NCBI GenBank assembly: GCA_951406725.2 | Contig: OX597832.1 | Span: forward strand, 67,394,001-67,458,000 | Length of the DNA: 64,000 nucleotides | Source of the DNA: Octopus vulgaris | Taxonomy: Eukaryota | Direction of reading: 5' to 3' | Shown: positions 12,817-26,010 of the stretch, in pieces | Numbering within the stretch: position 1 is the first letter of the stretch | Layout of the letters: each line of letters starts with the position of its first letter | The notes under the pieces: model-generated | What the model saw: only the letters and a program-made list of their open reading frames with translations | Told to the model about the DNA's origin: nothing | Databases searched by the model: none | Translations under genes and position numbers: made by a program

Positions 12817-15800
12817 CAATTAGATAGACGAGCAAAGGCAAAAAATAGACGTCGATTTTCTTGGCATGTCTATTTCTTGACAATATAAAATAGAATGATG
12901 GAAGAAATGGAAAATATCTTTAACCTGCAAGCACAAAATTACAAAAAGTGAGAGAATGCATATATTCGATAGAAAAATCAATCTAAAATTATTTTTGAAA
13001 CATGAAGCGAAGCGTCTAAGAAATTGCGGAACGAATCCAAACTATTTAAAGCAAATTATGTGTACCCTGAAGCTTTTGCTAACACCAAAACCTTCACTCC
13101 TTAATAACACTGATTAATTATTTAACAAACCACTTACTTGATTATATTGCAATAACACGTATTTTGCAAGATGATGGAAAGCAATTTCATTTTTCTTGAA
13201 GATCGCAAGTTAGCTCTTCAAGAAAAGGATAAATAACAATTTGAGTTAACCACTACTGAATTCTAAAGCAGATGTGTGGCTTAGCGGTTGATTATTAGAC
13301 TTGTGATCTTATGGTCATAGTTCCAATTTGTAAATAAAATGGCAAGTTTTGTCCTTGAGCAGTGTACTTTAGAGTAACTCTGCCCCAATGAACACAACTA
13401 AATAAAGTGATAGTTGGATCACCTCACGATCTGTTGCTTTCAAATAAGGAACTTGCTGCTAGTTGAAGTGTTAAGGTGTCGAGAAGATGAATATATTGAG
13501 TCACGGCTGCACAAACAGCTAAAAGAAGCAGCAAATTCTTGGTACATCTCACCAAGGCATACCCTCTCCAGCGCCAAGTAATTGCTACCTTCTGTACCTC
13601 ACAGTTCTAATATTCGTTTTGTTGTCCTTCTTGTAGAAGAAATTTTAAGTATCACATTGTAAGCATTTTATGATTATATGCGGTACACTGGAAATAAAAA
13701 CCCTTTACCCACAAGTCAACAACAGTCTCAGGTCGGTCTCTAGAAATAGTAACAGATTTTTTTTCGTTTCCTATCAGTTATATGCGCTCTCTCACCTCAC
13801 TAGAAATATACTTAATCTTCCCTTGTTCTGCGCCAAGTAGAAGACAAATAGTGAATGATTTTGTTGTAGCGGATATAGAATGATTTTGTTTAATATGATA
13901 AATGTTTTGACTCTAAAACATAATAGATTTTACAAATCAAAGATCACACGTTTTACTTTATTATTATTTTCTAACACAGCGAACATTACTTTTTTTTGTA
14001 AAAAAAATTCTGTTTTCTACTAGTGGCAACATCAACTCGATTGGAAGCAGTATAAACAGAATTTTAATATATGGTAGTAAATCACATTTTATTATAATCT
14101 ATGGCAAGACATTAAAGGTTTTATGGCTTAACTTCATTTTCTCGCCATTTTATAGTGTGTTACGTTCAACACTTGTTAACATAACGCCCGCTGTAATTGT
14201 TGTGATTCTCACAGAAGATTATTATAGCATTCAAAGCTAATTTATAAAGAAACAGTGGGCCAGATAAAATGGTGTTAGCCTTGTTGAAATTATAGAATAT
14301 TAATTGTATGAATATAATTATTTTGTAATGCTATGAATAGACAAAGGATGCACAGCGTCAGATAAAATATCATGCCGAGTATATTTCCCAGTCAGATGTG
14401 CTTCAAGTTCAAATCCCATCAAATTAAAGTTGATCGGTTCAGTGACTACAAATGGAGTTCTAACTAAATTTTTGTATTTGTCTCAAAATTGGTTACGGTG
14501 TGCTGTGAGAAGGGACATTTCTCGAAGTTAATTATATAGATACAAAAGAGAGATTAGAATTTTCGGTAGACTAATCTTTCAGATAATGTGTCTGGGAGCA
14601 AACACCACACAGCACTCTTATTTTCAGAAACTGAGAAATGGCTATCAAACTCACCCTGTAGAAAATAATAGCTACTACATCCCTTAAGTTTAAAGAATTT
14701 AAGGACTGAATAACTCATTTTATTACGCCACTTGTCATAGTCTAACTAATAACCTGGTGTTAGAACTCAATACACATATGCTTCAGAATATAGTGTCAAT
14801 TGCATGAAAGGCGTAATTTCAAATTACGTAAATGACACGAAAAAGAGATTCCGTAATCAAATTCCTTCCCTGACAGCCGTTTCTGCTATAGGGTGCAGCG
14901 CTCTCAGTGCTGAGTATTACCTCATAGATTCAACGGGAATACTAAGATAAATATATGTATAAATGTGTGTGTGTGTGTGTGCGTGCGTGTGCGAGTTTTA
15001 TGCGTATCTCTGCTTATTTACTTGGTTAAATGGTTTGCAGTTTGTACTCTTTGAGGTAAAACAGGCACCAGGATATTCGATAAATATAAATTGATAAAAT
15101 ATTTGTTAAAAGGAAATACATACTAGGATCAAAATGTTTGATTCCAATTCCTCTCTGGTAATATTTTATATATGGTTGCAGTCAAACAACCGAATCGTAA
15201 GCCAGCAATATGCATGCTATACTTTGTATGGATTGCATCGGTAATGAATTTCACTGAAAATAAAACTGAAATTGCCACGGAATGATCTCATAACTATAAA
15301 CGTCGATTTGCATACGTTATCTTCGTACATCACTTTGTATCTCTGATTTTTAAAGTACAGCAGCAACACTTGCTATGCTGTCACAACGGAACCACCAAGG
15401 TTCTGTAGTTGTGATGATTTAAGTAATCATAAATCATTCTTGGTGACTTAAAGCTTGGACATAAACCAAATACATTTTGGTGCAACACTGGATACTACTA
15501 CAAATCGTAGTTGTGTTATAACAGTCGGATACTGGAGTGAATCTATCTGTCCAGCGGGAAGTAAATAACCATAATCCATTGGAAAACTAAATAAATCATC
15601 TTAATCCGGTGTGTCTGAAAGGATTCATTTTTGTAGATACTGACTTTATTTACGATAAACATACAAGCTTAAACTAAAGTGAGCATTGCAAGCATTAGGG
15701 GACAAAAAACAATTTCAAATTCCCAGATTTGCACTATTGCATTTGAGTCGGTTTTTTAGGTTTCATAAAATTTAGAGGGTATTTGAATATACTCATGTGT

Positions 15801-16281
15801 TTGCTGTACTACTTTCCGTTAGAAGGGCAGGACTCTTGCTGTGCTCAGAAGGTTTTGACGATGGCGTGAATTGTCATTTTGTTATCATTTTGAATTTCTT
15901 CCCATTCTCAGTGATAAAATAAGTAACTTTTGTGTTGTAGCTGCTTCGGTCATTTCTGTTGGTCATGCTTCTATGTGCAGCAGTAATGTCTTGATTCGTC
16001 TGTTTTTCTGTAGACATAGACATATACACGCGCGCATTCACACATTCACACACACATACACACACACACGTATATATATATGAATATATATAAATATATG
16101 AATATGTATATATATACGTATATTAATATGTGTATATATGTATATACATACATATATATATAGATGTATATGTATATGTACACACATTGATATATGTGTA
16201 TATATGTGTATACATACATATATATATATAAATGTATATGTATATGTACACACATTGATATATGTGTATATATACATATAC

Positions 16282-16350
<69 letters not shown>

Positions 16351-18020
16351 CGTGTATGCATATATGTATATTTGTATGAATGTATGCACAGTTTTTCAGT
16401 TTCATGTTCTTTGTATTCCATTTCTAAATTGCATATATAAGCAATATATTTGTAATTGTGAAATAAATTTTACGTGAGAACAATTTGCATGTGTTTTATT
16501 ATTAATTTGCCATATATGCTGATGTTATTGTAATTAATATTATCATTTCATGAAATTGTAAGCGAATACCAATTAAATGTAACAACGTATTGTGACGTCA
16601 TTCCAATGTGTAAAATATATTTAAACATGGTGGTAAATAGCCAGAATCATGAAACCTTAGGATGACTGTGCTCTGAGCTCGCGCCCCTTCGTGGGGAAAT
16701 TAGTCTCTCATTCTTTTGCAATTGGAATCGTTAAAAGTTTTTGCTTTCGGATTTCAAATCGCGTTATGTTCTACATTGTCGGTGGGACTTATCATCTGCT
16801 AGCAGCATCCACTTTGTCGTAAACATTCATACTACGACGCGAGTAGCACTCGAGGTACGTTTCTATTACAATCCCATCTTCACAACATTTTCCGAAGCGT
16901 TGTACAGCCAGAGGGCAGTTACTCTCCACTGACTAAGATGAAAAGAAATGTGTAATATATTTCTTTCCGTAATAAGTTCCATTTAATGATAGAGTCGTCT
17001 ACAAAAAGAATATTCATTTTCGCAAACATAAGCACTTAGTGATGTACTCTATATGTTTTTTTTTATGTCAGAACGACTCTCTGTCACCCCAAAATAAATA
17101 AATCTGAAATAGCAATTGAATAATCTGAAATAGCGTTAGAATTCAACAAGCCAAAGTTGTCTTTTTGTTAAATGTCAGAGAAGTAAAACGAAAAGCATTT
17201 CATGCCAGGAAATAAATACCTACACACACAGACACACGCACGCACATACACACGCATACAAACAGAATACAAGAAGAAAACAATAAAATAATACGAATAA
17301 ATATTTTTCTGCAAAGAAATGACAATGTCAGTAGTATTCTTTTTAATTTTTATAGGTTTTACCTTTTTTTTTATTTTTCTAATATTTTTTTCTCTCAGGG
17401 GAATTGTTTTATTGCTGTGTTCGTTTTGTTTTTGTGCATTTTTTATTCACTGATTCCAGAACAGCTTTTTAGCAGCTGATTTGGATGCAATTCTAATTTT
17501 CCATATTTTGAAAATATAATCCATGTGTATGAATGCGTGTCTATCTGTGTGTTTTGTGTATCAGCATAATTGTGTGTTTCTCTGTCCCTGTGTTTGTATG
17601 TGTGAATGAGTGTGCACGCGAGCGTTTGCAGTGTACCTCTGTGTCTGTGTAGATAGATTTTAATTTAGCTGAAAGCAAATTTGCTTACGATGGATCTATC
17701 TATCGATTTATCTCACCATCTGGGAATCATCGGAAGAACAAGAAAGTCTTGTGGAAGCATCGCATGTTTAGAAGTTCAGAAGAATGAGTGGGTTAGTTAA
17801 CGAGTGCAATTGCAGCAAAATCTGGAGACAGGCATAAATCATGGAAAATGTTCGAATTGAGACGAAAATTTTCTTTCGAATATCAAGAGATACCGCTCTG
17901 ATCTATAATAAGGATATATGATAATAATATTAACAACATTCAAATTATTCGATCACATATTTATGCTTTTGTGTAAATAAAAGCATATAGACATTCTTCT
18001 ACACAACTGACTTACCTATA

Positions 18021-18080
<60 letters not shown>

Positions 18081-18123
18081 ACTATATATGTATGTATATA
18101 TATACATACATATGCATATGTAA

Positions 18124-18200
<77 letters not shown>

Positions 18201-20690
18201 CATAAATACTTCCATATATATGTAAATGTGTGAATGCGTATGTGCATGTAACCCAAACCTGTTGAATGATTGCTGAAGAAATGGACAACTGCACCAATTT
18301 TGTTCGGTAAGGAATATTTTGAAGAGGAAGCGGAATAAAAATTAAGACCTGTCAAAATGGGAAGAACTGGTTGCATAAAGTTTCTAATGATACGCTGTAA
18401 AATGATATGTTTTAATGAATTATTAATTGGATACATGGTATACTTAGCTCAATGTCGAAGTGATGTCATTATTTCATAAATATCTTCTCAAATGAAATCA
18501 AAGACAGTGTGCAAACGCAGGGCGTCGTCCCCATATAGACACCCACCAGAGACATCAAGGTATTTTTCTTGTAGACCATGAAGCAGGAAATAACCTACGA
18601 GGCCGGTTACCTGGACTGACCAAGCCAACACTATATAACCACAACCCTGTAAGTTGATCTCCTGCACTTTCTAGAATCTTATGCCATTGTAGGGGTTCTA
18701 CCTCTTGTCCCTTAGATAATCGATGCCTGACAAAAAATACATTGTATAGAAACGCATGGCATCAGCTGACAATTCCATTTATGTATACAGCGGTTTGTAC
18801 AGCATCACTTTGAAAGCAAGAGTGGGCAATCATTATTCTAGCTTCAAATCCAAAGCTAGAACTAACAGCACTGCTTTATCACAGCTGATTCACAACCTTA
18901 AAGCAAATTTAATATAATTTGAAATGGTCCATAATCACCCATTCTATAACAATATATGCGATCTATACGTCGCATAAGTCTTCTCTATTATGCAATCCAC
19001 CAATTGTTTAAACGAACGAAATAATCTAATAATTTGTTGCCGACACAAATAATGCAACATTTTCTCAAAGTACAAATAACAGCGCTTACCCCGTCTCGTG
19101 TCATTCCCTAACTATTCCTCTGCCGTTATGTTGCAGCTCTTCTATGCATTTATAACTAACAATTTTTTGACTACTTTTATACTTTTTACATTCTTTTATT
19201 TTATATTTTCTTATTTTTCATATTTCTTATTTTTCATTCTTCCAGGTGTTTATATTTTATATTTTTTCTAACATATAGTTTAAAACTAAGCCATAAACAA
19301 ACAACAAGCATCCTAGAAGTACTATGACCCAGAAACATTACCTTCCACCACCCTCTCCATAACAATTTTTCAATTGACACCACTCCTACACCTTTCTCTT
19401 TGACTCTTTTTAAATGTATTTTCAGGTTGCCAAAATATATCTATTAATTCATTCTATGGGCGACCCGTAAATGACCTCAACCGAAATTCACAAAGACATT
19501 CCTCTAGCTGGCTTCAACAATACAAACTACCACCTTCTCATCCTTCTCTCCTTTTCCTTCTCATATTCTTATTCGTTTCCTTCACAAGTTTAAACCTTTA
19601 CCCACTCCCATGTATTACCCTTTCCTTCTTAATTTCTATGCTTTCCATCGAGCAAATCTTCAGCGAGTCAACATGGGGTCCCTTGACGACAGTGTGAACT
19701 TCTTTTCATTGAGATATCTTTTGCTCGACGTGTAGCTAGCAGATTATCCCCTGCCTGGATAATTACTACTTCCGATGTTCTGCTAGCTATGAAACATATG
19801 CAGTCTGAATTATCTACTTCATGCCCTAATATTGGATTTTTGTTTGCACACACAGCAAAGCCAGCTGGTAACCGAAATCTATAAAACAATTTTTCAGTCT
19901 ATCGATCATCAATACGAGAAGAATTTACAACCATCTACGTCATTAAACCACTTGTGTTCCTGGAAGTTGTTTTCTATACCTTCTACGGACTGTTCGAAGC
20001 TTACTACCTTCCTACACCTTGATCCTTGGATCTTACGTTTGGACGGACATACACAAGCATACACACACGCGCACGCACACGCACACACATATTGTTTACG
20101 ATCTAGTGTTTTGATTAAAACTTTGCACAAAAGCCTCGAAAAATATATCTATTTTTCTACACACTGACGTATTTCAAGAGTATTTACATTTTCTTTTTGA
20201 AGCGCCATTTTCTTTCTTAAAGTCACATCTATGTGTATATCGCTAAACGCATTGCCTTTCTAGCCGATATATATTGCTATAACCCTCTGCTCTTATCGAT
20301 TCTTCTACACATTCCGGCTACCAGAGAAATACAGCTTACCCACTTACTCATGTGAAACTATTGCCACCTTCCTACTATACCCAGTATTGTTTTGTTTTTT
20401 TACCTATTCTTATTAAGTAAATTTATTTACTAAATTCAGTTGTTGCATTAGTACTGAGCTGCAAACCTATGTTCCTGTCAGATTGTCACTGCTGGCATTT
20501 GTATCTCTATATCATCATTGAGTTTATTTGCCTTCCTTGAATATTCAACCATTCCCAGCCTCTTGATTCAAGAGAGAATTGTCCTTGTTCTCCACGAGAT
20601 GCCTTGCAACAAAGCGTAACACTTTTCTATTCTTACATTATTTACGCTATTTACATTTGAGTGATATTCGTCCTCGTCTTGTTTGTTGTC

Positions 20691-20736
20691 AACACAACGT
20701 TTCGGCTGATAAACCCTCTCGCCTTCATCAAGTGTT
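20691..20736 (-). ncRNA. Minimal type-I hammerhead motif (U3 variant, intact GAAAC)
   Basis: Reverse complement: aacac-TTGATGA-a-ggc...gcc-GAA-ACGT-T-gtgtt, with a perfect 5-bp stem I. Confidence 0.72.
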
Positions 20737-20783
20737 GTGGGGAAATATTGAACCTGGGTTCTCATTCCTAAGGTATCTTTCGA

Positions 20784-20832
<49 letters not shown>

Positions 20833-20835
<3 letters not shown>

Positions 20836-21974
20836 CTATGTTTGACTTTTGCTTTATATCTGTACAAGCTGGCTCCAAGTCTCACCCAGAGAGCTCAAGA
20901 GACAACAGGTTGGAAGTTCACGTTGTTGTTATGCTTAAAGTGCCATATATTTGGGTTTCTTTTTTGGTGTTGTACTAGTGAATGTCTAATACATAAATTT
21001 AAAAAAAAGTTTGTTTTAAACTTTGGGATTACATAGAGAGAATTTTGCGTAGGATATGAGCAGTTCCCATGAGCACTATCTTTTGAATTTCTGCCATTTT
21101 GGGGTTTCCTGGTATCTGAGTTAGGTAGCAATCAGCCCCTTTCGCTATCATTCTCAGGGCACCTATGGTATTGTTTTAGTCTTCAGGTTCCACATTTTGC
21201 TGATTTCTGTTTCAAGATCTTTATATTTGCTCAGTTTTTGGTAGGTCTTGGCAGATACGTTCATATCGATTGGGACAGTCATATCAATGAGGAGGCATGT
21301 TCTTTGTCTGAAGTCTTTCAATATGATGTCTGGCCTATTTGCATCTATCTTTCTGTCAGTTTGAATGGTGAAGTTCCAGAGGAGTGAGATGTGGTCATTT
21401 TCAAGCACTAGAGGTGGTTTGAGTTCCCACCAGATTTTTTCATGGGGCAAATCCAGGTTTTTGCAAATTACCCAGTGAATATATTGTGCAGCTCTATCAT
21501 GCCTGTTGAGGTACTCTGTAGGCGCTAGAAGACTGCATTTGGAGACAACATGAACAATGGTTTCATTTTGTTGTCGGCATACACGACATGTTGGGCTACT
21601 GCCGTTCTTTAATATGTTGGCCTGGTAGTTTCTTGTTGGTAGGCATTGATCTTGAGCTGCTATGATAAACCCTTCTGTTTCAGATTTTAAGCCAGAGGCC
21701 ATTAGCCTTTGATGGGTCAGGGCTTTGTCAATATCTGCATTATTCGCTCTCTTTGGGTATTTGCCATAGAGAGGTTTTTCTTGCCATTTATTATTCAGAA
21801 TATCTAAGGCCGCAGTTTTGGCACGGGTTTTCAGGAGCCTAGCTTTTTCTGTGCTTATTTCTTGTATGTCTATCTCTAATTCCCGAAATTTGTTGTATTC
21901 GGAAGTCACTTAGATATTCCTTTGCCTGTTTTGTTGCTGAGTATGATGCTTTCTTGTTTTCATGTTTTGAGACA
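20833..21974 (-). mobile_element. 5'-truncated R4/Dong element (zinc finger + RLE + 3' UTR) inserted in (AAT)n
   Basis: ORF 21163-21909 has WQEKPLYGKY, AAQDQCLPTRNY, CRVCRQQNETIVHVVSKC, RHD, NRPDIILKD, LIDMTVP and KLSKYKDL. (AAT)n on both sides. Confidence 0.9.
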
Positions 21975-23308
21975 ATTATTATTACTATTATTATTATTAT
22001 TATTATTATTCAGGTCACAGCCTGAAATCGAACTCGCAATCTTGGGTTTAGTAGTCCGCGCTCTTAACCACTACACCATAGTTTTTTTATTTCTTCTTTG
22101 TCTTACTCTACCTAAAATCCGTTGATTCATCAAGATACATTGTCCAGTATATCGCCATTGCGGCCATCCCATTAATGACTATCAGTTTTTCACCCTTTTT
22201 TCCCCACTAACTTATCCTTCACCCTTCACTCTTTTCCGTGCATTAAGTTTAAACCAGACGGCATGTCAATTTGCATTACCTATAATACATATTTAGTTCT
22301 CGTGGCTAAATATATTTGACTTCTCACGATGAACTATATCACTTATAGTATGTTGCTACATAAACAGTAAAGTACATCAATCTGTCATATATATGGAGGT
22401 AAAATTCGCAGATTTGCTTCTAAAGTGAATCTACTCCTTACATAACGGCATAGAAATACCCGAAATTTCCTGTCTAGCACTAGCGAAATGTTCATCAATG
22501 ATCCTTTGGATTTCTTTTATTGAGATCAAGTCACCACAGCAGACCTCTCGAATTCGCTTTTCTCTTATAGAAACTATTATTGTATAATTTTCTTCGATTG
22601 CACATCTCTCCGCCAAATTTCTCTTTTTCTTGCAATATCTATATATATTTCTCTTCTCCCCCATGTTATAAATGCTTTATGCCCTGCAACTGCACAACAT
22701 AATTTATTCTCTAATAACAATATCAGATCAGCTCAACCACTACATTGACTATACACAAATTGTATTTCTATGAGTCCAGTAGCCCTGAACTTGATGCTGT
22801 CGGACTTTAGCCACTTGTTTTGGTCTGAACAATTATTGTGTATACATATGTCCGTACTATATTGTATGACATTTCAACATTTTTTTAACAATTAATATAT
22901 ATTTATGCACATATGTACGTATGCATGTAAATATATAATGCTATAAGTATGAGAGCGTACGTATGCCTGTTTATGTTATGTGCGTATGCGTCTTTGTATT
23001 TGCGAGTATGTTCCCACGAGGTATATGTAACTTTACATTCAATTATGTCTGATAAAGCAACAGTAAAAGACAAAAGCGAAATATTTCGCTAAGTTCATCA
23101 TAAAACTCAATTTTCAAATTGTACGAATTTATTTCATTGTATCGTAAATGCCATGAACTGTTACCTACACAAGGATTATTAACAGGAAATTATTATATTC
23201 TTCTTTTTTATCTTTTGAAAATACCATTTTTCATTTTCTATAATTTTATTCAGAAAGAAATATATAGTTTTCACTGAAGTATATATATATATATATATAT
23301 ATACTCAC

Positions 23309-23497
23309 ATTACGTACAGGACATCACGAACGAGTGAAAAATGCGTAAACACAAGAGAGAAAATTTCAGGGCAAAACACAAAAACAAGATAATTTGCTCA
23401 TCAGTTGTCGACTGTTTATTACTACCAATTTCGTAAACGCACTTATCTCTCGTGTGTTTACATAGTTTTCACTCTTTGGTGGTGTCCTGTACTTAAT
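23309..23497. repeat. Inverted repeat with ~50-bp arms (foldback)
   Basis: tacgtacaggacatcacgaacgagtgaaaa...gtaaacacaagagaga pairs with tctctcgtgtgtttac...ttttcactc...ggtgtcctgtactta. Confidence 0.65.
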
Positions 23498-25567
23498 ATG
23501 CATTTATTTATTTATTTATCATTGAATATCACGCAGCCTTGTCCGTAGTAAGTTCTTACGTTTATGTGTGTATGTATGTGTGCGTATGTGCGTGTGTGTG
23601 TATATGTATGTATTTGGACAAGTTTAAGAAATCCATAAACAATTTCCTAATCTTATGAGTTCTTCGAATTTTCTTTGTGTTGTGGTTTAGGGAATTTACA
23701 ATACAATGACGTTAAAGAAGAAAACTAAAGCCTTTTCATTTAAAAACATAGCTATACTGATGCCTACTAGATTATTGTATACTATATTTGTATATTTCCT
23801 TGTATTTTTTAAGGATATTATCTTTATTTTCAATATTTTTAAGTTTTTTTTTATGAATGTGAAATTCTCTTAACTTCTTCTTGTATTGATTTTGCTATGG
23901 CTAATAAAATCTAAATATTTTGTGATCTATTTACATTATATTTTTTTTTACTATTTATGATTATAATTTTCTACATATTTTTCAGATTTATTTTACTCAA
24001 TACTTCGTCATGCGCCAAAGATTATAAACATTTATAAACATTACTGTCTCTTGGAAAGACTCACACGTCGTGTCATAACTATTTCAAGAACGATTTAGTA
24101 ACACTTTATTCACTACGCTCTTAGATGATCATTTTACATAGGAGGAATAACTTATATATTAACGTCATGAGTAAAATATTAAAAAGGTGAAGGTTTCTTA
24201 ACTAAGTTGCTCAATTTATTGGAAATAACAGCAAATTTCTCCTAGATTTGCGCGTTTTTATATTAGGCGTTTGACTTTTGTGCAACGAGAGGGATTTGGA
24301 GAGATAATTCATTAAACGATAAATTTATCCGGCGCCTAAATTGAGACCAGTGTCTATTTTGAGGTCTCAATAATCGGAATTGATACTATGATTAACCAGC
24401 CAAATCACCGATCTCAGAAGAATCTTATCCAGTGTATACGGATGCCCTAAAAGTGGTCTTGGTAAATATTCTTCCACTTATGATAAGGTCTGATCAAAAG
24501 AGAAAAGATGATAGATTTGCAAACAATGTGAGAGTTAAGAACATTTCTCTCCCTTCTCTTTTCCTTACTCTCTCCCTTTCGCTTTTCCCTCTCTCCCTCC
24601 GTCTCTCTCCCTTTCACTTACCCCTCACTCCGTCTTTCCCTTTCTAGTTGTGTTCTTTTCTTTACTTATTAATCAATAGAGTCGTAAAGGTACGTGCCTT
24701 TCTGGTTCCGGTTTTAGACGGAGGATCGTAAAGGCGTGAGGTCGATTTCCGGCGGTGCTTTGTATCATTGAGAGAGACACTTTATTTTACCTTGCACCGG
24801 TCCACTCATCTGGCAAAAATGAGTTGTACGTGCATTTCAAAGAGTTCGCCTTGTAACATTCTGTGTCACGCCGAATCTCCCTAAAAATCTTCGTTAAGGG
24901 CACGCCTGACAGTGGAATGCTCAGCCACTTGCACATACATTCACGAACATTCACTTGCACATACATTCGTTCATCGTATCAAGTGGGACACGCGTCGTTG
25001 TAACAGACGAAGAGACAAGCCAATAAAAATATATCACGGCTAACATTATTCCCTCTGCGACACATGTTTCTGAGGCTCGTTTTGCCTGCTAACGAAAGAG
25101 TAATTTTGATCTTAATCACGTTATTGATAATGACGATGATGAGGAGGATGAAGATGATGATGATGATGATGATGATGGAAAAGGTAGTGGTTGGGAGGAT
25201 GAGAGTGGTATGGAAGTTGACGAAAGTGACTCGCCAGAGATGAATGCAAAATCATAGTTACTTTAAATGCTGGAGTGGTAGACTTGTTAAAGCAATGCGG
25301 TGCTTTGTTCACTATCTTTCCGTTCAGACTTCGAATCCCACCAGACTTATTTCTACATTTCATCTCTCCGGGTTCGATAAATTAAAGATCAGTAAAATAC
25401 TAGTGTCGATATAATCTCCTATGTTTCTTCACGAAATTTAAAGCTTTGAAATTAACATAAAATTATTATTTTATCATTTGCCGTCGAAGAAAATACTCTG
25501 CTGTATATAGGTCCAAATCACGAGGTTCCGAGTTCACATCCCGCCATCCCAATATTGCTTTCATCTT

Positions 25568-26010
25568 AAGGCGGTGAGCTGGCAGAAACGTTAGCACGCC
25601 GGGCGAAATGCTTAGCAGTATTTCGTCTGTTCTGAGTTCAAATTCCGTCGAGATCGACTTTGCCTTTCATCCTTTTAGAGTCGATAAATTAAGTACCAAT
25701 TGCGTACTAAGGTTGACCTAATCAACTGGCTCCCTCCCCAAAAATTTCGGGCCTTGTGCCTAGAGTAGAAAGGCTTATCATTATAACCATAAAGGCAGCG
25801 AGCTGGCAGAGTGGTTAGCGCTCCTGGGAAAACGCTAAGCGGCATTTGGTCCGTCACCACGTTCTTGGTTCAAATTCTGTCCAGATCGACTTTGCCTTTT
25901 ATCCTTTCGGTGTCGCTAAATCAAGTACCAGTGAAACATTGGGTCGTTGAAATCGACTAGTCCCCTCCCCCACAATTTCAGGCCTTGTATCTTTAGTAGA
26001 AAGGATTATT
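25568..26010 (+). mobile_element. Two tandem tRNA-derived SINEs
   Basis: Heads ggcggtgagctggcagaa... and ggcagcgagctggcagag..., B boxes gttcaaattc, tails ggccttgt...agtagaaagg. Confidence 0.82.

Larger units (their letters stand above)
20633..22080 (-). mobile_element. Composite tRNA-head/(AAT)n/hammerhead-tail element, copy 2, split by a Dong insertion in its internal (AAT)n
   Basis: Head 22011-22080 (reverse complement tatggtgtagtggttaagagcgcggactactaaacccaagattgcgagttcgatttcaggctgtgacctg) and tail 20633-20784 are homologous to 1646-1715 and 1788-1934. Confidence 0.8.

Noticed and set aside
22431-22664. 77-aa ORF faintly like a DNA-transposon protein
   Set aside because: No diagnostic motif could be confirmed by eye.
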